From contig CALVOQ010000003.1 in NCBI GenBank assembly GCA_944350335.1, positions 1 through 34,683 of the forward strand: a stretch of 34,683 bases of DNA, in the 5' to 3' direction. The position numbers were made by a program, and so were the translations under genes. The notes below the pieces were generated by a model, which was given only the letters and a program-made list of their open reading frames with translations, was not told the DNA's origin and searched no databases. The DNA is from an uncultured Bacilli bacterium (lineage in GTDB: Bacteria > Bacillota_I > Bacilli_A > RF39 > UBA660). Shown one piece after another: positions 29,461 through 34,683 of this stretch (position 1 is its first letter; the number at the start of each line of letters is the position of its first letter).

Positions 29461-30099
29461 AATTTTATTTACATCATCCGGACTAACTAATGCTTTCTCA
29501 AATTCCATATCTATCGCACTTCTAAACGCAATCGCAAATTGAATATTATTTAAAACTGTATCCCCATTAAATCTAGACCAATCTAACTCTAAAGGTCCAA
29601 AAGGCAAATCCTTAGTTTTTTCTACAACAAACTCTCGTAAAAACTCCCTCGCACTTCTTCCATTTCCTTCTCTAAAAGGATGTATTGCCATTAGTTGCAC
29701 ATAATAAGTAGACAAAAACATTGCTAAAGCAGATCTATTACTTACGTTTAAAAATTCGCCATGCATTAATTCTAATTCTCCATTCAAATATTTTTCAATA
29801 TTTCTATAATCAGTAAAGCCTGTTTGTTTTTGCATATTAACTGTTCTGTATTCACCTGCCCAGTCATATAAATCTCCAAACAAATATTTATGTATATTTC
29901 TTAAATGCAAACTATCAAAATTACCCACGATTGGATTTTCATATAATTCCACTAACTTCTCAAAGGTAATTTCTGATTCTTTCACTTGTAATTCATCATA
30001 ATCAGTTATATTTAATTTATTTTTTAACGTATTAGTATTGGGATAAAAATAAGCTTTCCATCTTTCGTCTTCCAAGCGTTTTTCATCTGACATTTCCAT
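29452..30099 (-). CDS. Fic-domain protein (FicT-like AMP transferase)
   Basis: Canonical HPFREGNGRSAR; YP.T.TLKNKL.I, IH..LF.D.YDWAG..R; ATG 30099 behind GGTGA. Confidence 0.92.
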   Translation of the reverse strand: MEMSDEKRLEDERWKAYFYPNTNTLKNKLNITDYDELQVKESEITFEKLVELYENPIVGNFDSLHLRNIHKYLFGDLYDWAGEYRTVNMQKQTGFTDYRNIEKYLNGELELMHGEFLNVSNRSALAMFLSTYYVQLMAIHPFREGNGRSAREFLREFVVEKTKDLPFGPLELDWSRFNGDTVLNNIQFAIAFRSAIDMEFEKALVSPDDVNKIKM

Positions 30100-30265
30100 T
30101 TTTATCACCACTCTTCAATACTAATCTAGGAGTTTCACATAATTCTTCAATAACTTTTTTCTTATATGAATCAAGAAAATTCTGAGTTAGATAAATCCCA
30201 TCAATTTTTAAAGTTGCTAAGGCTTGAATAATTGCTTTTCGTTTTTTATCAATTTTTACTTCCAT
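30083..30265 (-). CDS. Putative FicA/VbhA-like antitoxin
   Basis: 60 aa, overlaps the fic start, TLKIDG resembles inhibitory (S/T)xxxE(G/N); GAGG RBS. Confidence 0.65.
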   Translation of the reverse strand: MEVKIDKKRKAIIQALATLKIDGIYLTQNFLDSYKKKVIEELCETPRLVLKSGDKNGNVR

Positions 30266-30282
30266 AACAATACCTCACTTTT

Positions 30283-30311
30283 ATTCTAACAAAACAAATA
30301 TGCTTATTCAA
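30283..30311 (-). promoter_or_regulatory. sigma-A-type promoter of the ficAT pair
   Basis: TTGAAT-17 nt-TAGAAT with TG extended -10. Confidence 0.6.
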
Positions 30312-30314
30312 CTT

Positions 30315-31466
30315 TTATTTTGTAGGAATTATCAATTCTTGACCAATAGATAAATTAGTACTATTTAAGTTATTAGCTTTCATTAAATCATTAACTGTAA
30401 TTCCATATTTATTAGAAATATTCCATAAAGTATCCCCTTTTTGAACAGTATAATTAGCATAATCTTTAGTTCCTGGTATTACTAATATCTGGCCAATATT
30501 TAACAAATTAGAAGTTAAATTATTAGCGCTTTTAATTTCATCCACTGTAACATTATATTTATTAGCAATACTATATAGATTATCTCCTTTAACCACTACA
30601 TATTTTATTTCCCCCGTGTCTTCATCTTCTTCTGGCTCGACAGTAACATTTTTTGCCGGTATAATTAACTCCTGATTTATTGATAATGCGTTAGAAGTTA
30701 AATTATTAGCCTTTTTTATCTCGTCTACAGTAACACCATAACTATTTGCGATTTTCCATAAAGTATCTCCACTTTTTACTATATAAGTGATTTGCTCACT
30801 TTCGCCCACATCAATATCCAAATCTTCTTCCTTAGGTATTAATAATTGTTGATTAATTTGTAACGTAGAACCACTTAGATTATTTAGTTTTTTTAGCGTC
30901 TCTACAGTAGTTTTATACTTATTAGCAATACTCCATAAACTATCTCCTGCTTGAACCGTATAAACTAGATAATCACTTGGAACAATCTCTTCACTTTTTT
31001 GAACTTTTAATGTTTGACCTACCTTTAAAATATTAGAACTAAGATTATTTAATTCTTTCAAATCATCCACTGTAATACCAAACTTGTTAGCGATACTCCA
31101 CAAGCTGTCTCCTTTTTGGACAGTATAATAACCACTATCAGCAGGCGCTACGTAATTTAAACCTTTGTATTCCATAACTGCTCTTACAACCGCTTCTGCG
31201 TAATCTTCATAATTGTTTTTCAATTGATTTATGTCATCTTTAGGACTATCCAAAAAACCATATTCAATAATTATTGCCTCTGTATTAGGAGTATCTCTGT
31301 GTATAAAATAATAATCTTTTGAAGGATTGCTAGGTAATCTCTGTTGATAATATTTTCTTATGTTTTGACCTTCCTTCTCTATTTCATTTAATATTTTAGA
31401 TGATAGCTTACTATCATTACGTAGCGCATAAATTACTTCCGCACCGTCGCCACCTACCGTGTTCAT
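30315..31466 (-). CDS. 3' portion of an N-acetylmuramoyl-L-alanine amidase (Amidase_3) with five LysM repeats, N-terminally interrupted
   Basis: Begins at GGDGAEVIY (normally right after SxHxN); has IIIEYGFLD; five YTV..GD.LW.IA-type repeats; lacks the GHGG/E/H zinc ligands; no clear RBS. Confidence 0.85.
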   Translation of the reverse strand: MNTVGGDGAEVIYALRNDSKLSSKILNEIEKEGQNIRKYYQQRLPSNPSKDYYFIHRDTPNTEAIIIEYGFLDSPKDDINQLKNNYEDYAEAVVRAVMEYKGLNYVAPADSGYYTVQKGDSLWSIANKFGITVDDLKELNNLSSNILKVGQTLKVQKSEEIVPSDYLVYTVQAGDSLWSIANKYKTTVETLKKLNNLSGSTLQINQQLLIPKEEDLDIDVGESEQITYIVKSGDTLWKIANSYGVTVDEIKKANNLTSNALSINQELIIPAKNVTVEPEEDEDTGEIKYVVVKGDNLYSIANKYNVTVDEIKSANNLTSNLLNIGQILVIPGTKDYANYTVQKGDTLWNISNKYGITVNDLMKANNLNSTNLSIGQELIIPTK

Positions 31467-31479
31467 TTACCATTAGTAA

Positions 31480-32013
31480 TTATTTTATATCTATTATATT
31501 ATTTTCTTTTAAATATTGATAAACAGTATTTGCTGATTCCTCAATGTTTTGATTTGCAATACTTATTTTAGGAATATCCTTAAATTCTTGATAACTTGCT
31601 ACCTGATCCCTCTTTATTTCTCTCATATAATAATCCTTATGCCTTTCTTTGTATTCTAAAGCATCCTCCCCTTCAAGAATTAATCTATCATAAATTGCTT
31701 CTGGTGTATCTATAATTTCTATTGATTTAGTGTTAGTCATTAATAATTCTTCTACTATATTTTTTGAAAATATAGGTGAAACTGCCATTATAAAACTTTT
31801 TTCACCATTTTCTATTATATTAAGCATTATTAGTTCTTTAATATCGAATCTATTATAATCATTAGGAAATTCTTCTTGAAATAAATCTATACTACCATAT
31901 ATTTTAATAATTTCATCATCTATATCATAAAATTTACAATTAATTTTTTTTGCTAATTCTTTTCCTATTGTTGTTTTTCCAACATTAGATATTCCCCATA
32001 TTAATAATCTCAT
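31480..32013 (-). CDS. P-loop kinase (shikimate kinase/AAA-like)
   Basis: GISNVGKTTIGKELA......FYDID. Confidence 0.8.
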   Translation of the reverse strand: MRLLIWGISNVGKTTIGKELAKKINCKFYDIDDEIIKIYGSIDLFQEEFPNDYNRFDIKELIMLNIIENGEKSFIMAVSPIFSKNIVEELLMTNTKSIEIIDTPEAIYDRLILEGEDALEYKERHKDYYMREIKRDQVASYQEFKDIPKISIANQNIEESANTVYQYLKENNIIDIK

Positions 32014-32015
32014 AT

Positions 32016-32615
32016 CTATTCACCATATTCATATCCATATTTAATTTTATAAAAATATCTTCGTACACGTAGATTATTCTTACTTAAATCAAAGTTTCTG
32101 TAATCATATATTTTACTATGCCTTCCATCCATTTCTAATGCATAGTAGTCTGATTTACCCGTTTTATCAATATTATCAACAACCTTTTTTAATTCATCAC
32201 TAGTAATATCATCAATCATACCAGAACCTTTTCCATCTATAATATATGGATAATGCATTCCATTTCCTTTTTCGAATTCACTAGAGCCTAAATATGTAAT
32301 TTTAAATGTAGTAGTTGAACCTGTATCATATTCCATTATCATAGTATCATTTTCTTTTAAACCAATACTACTTAATTTAGTCACAACAGCATTTATAGGT
32401 GGAATTTCACTATGATCATCTTCTATACAAACCCAACAGTCATATACTTTATTCTTATAATTAATTGAATACAAATGATAAGCTAACGATTCAAATGATG
32501 CAAGTATACTATATGCCAAGTCAGCAATAGTCCTTTTATCTGTTATTTCAATTTTTCTCCAAATTTTAGTTTCTAAACCATCAATTTCAACTTTAAAAGT
32601 TAATACTTTTGTCAT
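32016..32615 (-). CDS. Plasmid pRiA4b ORF-3 / IS1096 passenger TnpR-like protein
   Basis: KIWRKIEI, HLY, YD.G..T.F.I, YP.IIDG.G....DD pattern. Confidence 0.7.
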   Translation of the reverse strand: MTKVLTFKVEIDGLETKIWRKIEITDKRTIADLAYSILASFESLAYHLYSINYKNKVYDCWVCIEDDHSEIPPINAVVTKLSSIGLKENDTMIMEYDTGSTTTFKITYLGSSEFEKGNGMHYPYIIDGKGSGMIDDITSDELKKVVDNIDKTGKSDYYALEMDGRHSKIYDYRNFDLSKNNLRVRRYFYKIKYGYEYGE

Positions 32616-32638
32616 ACCAGCACCTCACTTGAAGAATA

Positions 32639-34300
32639 TTATACATTATTTTTACCTTTTCTGCCATATGGATTCCTTGCTAAATTCCTATTTTCATATT
32701 TAAAATTTATTTCTGGCACAACATCATATTTATATTTAATAGTAATGTTTCTGTTTTTATCAATTACTATTCTGTCTATCAAAGTATCAATTAATTCTTT
32801 TTTAGGTTTATTTAAATCCAATAGTTTTTTAATTTTTTTTGTATATTCTGGTAAAACACTACTTTTATTTTTTATTTTATATTTTTTTACTTGTTCATTT
32901 TCAATACTTTCATTTATCTGTTTTAATTTGTTTTCCGATTCACTAGCTAATACCTTATAAGTATCTACAGAAATTGCACCATCACACCTATCATTATATA
33001 GAGTTGTTAATCTATTAGTTATTTTATCTTTTTCAATTTGTAAGTCCTTGATAACTTTATCTATATCAGTTGTTTCTTTATGAATATTTTTAACAACTTC
33101 ATTATTTAATTTATTTACATCAAGTTCTTTAATTAATTTAGATACTGATCTATTAATTTGTTCTAGTATTTGTTCTTCTAAATAATTATATGGATAAAAA
33201 TGTGAATAGCATCTTCCTCTTACTGGATCTCTAGAATATCTATTACAATTAACTGACCAGTAATCTAATTTTTTTCTATAAAGAACTGTTAGTCTATTTT
33301 GACATTCTTTACAGAATAGTTTTCCTTCTAACAATCTTTTTTCTCTGTTTGTCTTAACTTCATAATTTCTAGTATTTCTTCTTCTTAAAGTATTAACATA
33401 ATTAAAAGTATCTTTATCTACTAGTGCTTCATGTGTATTTTCAACTATTATCCACAACTTTTCATCTAAAGTTATTTTCTTTTTTGATTTATAATTAACT
33501 TTTGTTTGAGTATGTTGTACTAAATCTCCTGTATAAATTCTATTAGATAGAATCTTTTTTACTGTGGAGATATTCCAATTATCTCTATCAATTAATCTTG
33601 ATGAATAATTAGTCTTTTTATAGCCACTTGGTGTTGAAACTTTTTCTTTATTAAGTCTATTTGCTATTTCTGTAGGTCCAATTCCGTCTGCTCTCCATTT
33701 GAATATTTTTTTTACAATAGGTGCAGTTTCTGGGTTAGGTATTAAGTGTCCTTTATCTTCTGGATCTCTCATATAGCCAAAACATGGCAAACTTCCAACA
33801 AATTTTCCATTTTTTCTTTTTTCATTTAATACATTTCTAATCTTAACAGAGTTTTGCTTACTATAATAATCGTTACAAGCAATTATAAATGTAGATGAAT
33901 CATTACTAGCTTGATTTTTGAAACTATCATAAGATTCTAATATAGACATAAATCTTATATGATTCTCTGGAAAAAATGTTTCAATATAATATCCAGTCAT
34001 TACATGATCTCTACCTAATCTAGATAAATCTTTAACTATGACACAGTTAATCTTTTTATTATTTATATCTTCTAACATTTTTTGAAATCCTGGTCTTTCA
34101 AAATCAGTTCCAGAATATCCATCATCAACATATTCTTTAACTAAATTAAAACTATTATTTTTAACAAAACTCTTTAATAATTCTCTTTGATTTATTACAC
34201 TTTCACTATCAGATTCATATTTTTTATCTTTATCTTCTTGAGATAATCTTATGTAGATTCCAACATTGAAATCTACTCCAGTTAAGTAAGTATTATACAT
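32639..34300 (-). CDS. Large serine recombinase (resolvase + recombinase + Zn-ribbon + coiled-coil)
   Basis: YIRLSQED catalytic Ser, DDGYSG..F.RP, KDLSRLGR, IL.NRIYTG, THEALVD, C.EC...C...C. Confidence 0.95.
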   Translation of the reverse strand: MYNTYLTGVDFNVGIYIRLSQEDKDKKYESDSESVINQRELLKSFVKNNSFNLVKEYVDDGYSGTDFERPGFQKMLEDINNKKINCVIVKDLSRLGRDHVMTGYYIETFFPENHIRFMSILESYDSFKNQASNDSSTFIIACNDYYSKQNSVKIRNVLNEKRKNGKFVGSLPCFGYMRDPEDKGHLIPNPETAPIVKKIFKWRADGIGPTEIANRLNKEKVSTPSGYKKTNYSSRLIDRDNWNISTVKKILSNRIYTGDLVQHTQTKVNYKSKKKITLDEKLWIIVENTHEALVDKDTFNYVNTLRRRNTRNYEVKTNREKRLLEGKLFCKECQNRLTVLYRKKLDYWSVNCNRYSRDPVRGRCYSHFYPYNYLEEQILEQINRSVSKLIKELDVNKLNNEVVKNIHKETTDIDKVIKDLQIEKDKITNRLTTLYNDRCDGAISVDTYKVLASESENKLKQINESIENEQVKKYKIKNKSSVLPEYTKKIKKLLDLNKPKKELIDTLIDRIVIDKNRNITIKYKYDVVPEINFKYENRNLARNPYGRKGKNNV

Positions 34301-34345
34301 TTATCCTCCTTTTCTTCTTACTTAATTGGGTATTAAGACTCATCC

Positions 34346-34374
34346 ATGATAGCATCATCTTATTAGATTTGCAA
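34346..34374 (-). promoter_or_regulatory. sigma-A-type promoter of the recombinase
   Basis: TTGCAA-17 nt-TATCAT with TG extended -10. Confidence 0.55.
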
Positions 34375-34378
34375 ATCA

Positions 34379-34480
34379 TTAATTAGATGAATCTCCTTTT
34401 TCTTCTTTTATTATCTCTTCAATTAGATATTTTAAAATAAGATCCTTAAATGTAGTGTTAGTCAAATAGGTATCCTCCAT
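34379..34480 (-). CDS. 33-aa micro-ORF upstream of the recombinase (TnpW-like?)
   Basis: AGGTGG RBS + MEDTYLTNTTFKDLILKYLIEEIIKEEKGDSSN; not in the ORF track. Confidence 0.45.
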   Translation of the reverse strand: MEDTYLTNTTFKDLILKYLIEEIIKEEKGDSSN

Positions 34481-34683
34481 TATTAAACCACCTATTTAAA
34501 TTTATGTTTAAATTATTTATTATTGATATTTTTATTTGCATTTATCAAACTCCCTTCTAGTTATTAACTAGTTATATATTTAAACTAGTTAATTTATAAT
34601 ATTAATTTTTTTATATTCTATTTATTATATTATTATGGATATAAAGATCCATTGAATGTAAAATATACATCCAATTAATTAGA

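Larger units (their letters stand above)
31455..34683 (-). mobile_element. One end of a large serine recombinase integrative element (continues beyond the window)
   Basis: Recombinase plus two cargo genes abut the truncation point of the amidase gene. Confidence 0.7.

Noticed and set aside
30320-31130. Repeated DNA segments resembling an array
   Set aside because: Explained by five in-frame LysM domains; not CRISPR.
31480-32013. Calling the P-loop protein aroK
   Set aside because: It lacks the GGG shikimate-binding motif and sits in mobile cargo; only a generic kinase call is supported.

Overview
Very AT-rich chromosomal window. The gene content and standard genetic code suggest a genome-reduced, probably spore-forming, low-GC Bacilli/Firmicute (uncultured gut Bacilli such as RF39 are plausible; this is inference). 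It holds mostly housekeeping and accessory genes: a two-gene SufC/SufB-like Fe-S system, cotJ spore-coat genes, tsaE, an ABC exporter, glyA, tRNA-Asn, CIRCE-controlled hsp20, a class III ribonucleotide reductase operon, lipid/acyl-CoA genes, a GtrA/GT2/GT-C glycosylation cassette, an icaA/icaB-like pair, tRNA-Trp, cwlJ and a FicTA module. Three things stand out. (1) The RNR operon is headed by an intact 650-aa NrdD paralogue that keeps the ATP-cone but has lost every radical residue, followed by nrdG, an NrdD fused to a CPNC redoxin domain, and trxB. (2) A large-serine-recombinase element at the right end appears inserted inside an amidase-LysM5 gene just after the zinc-ligand motif, resembling skin-type split genes. 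(3) A promoter-to-terminator unit at about 8443-8555 could be an unannotated sRNA or a leaderless 20-aa peptide. All assignments come from motif recognition by eye; no searches were run.
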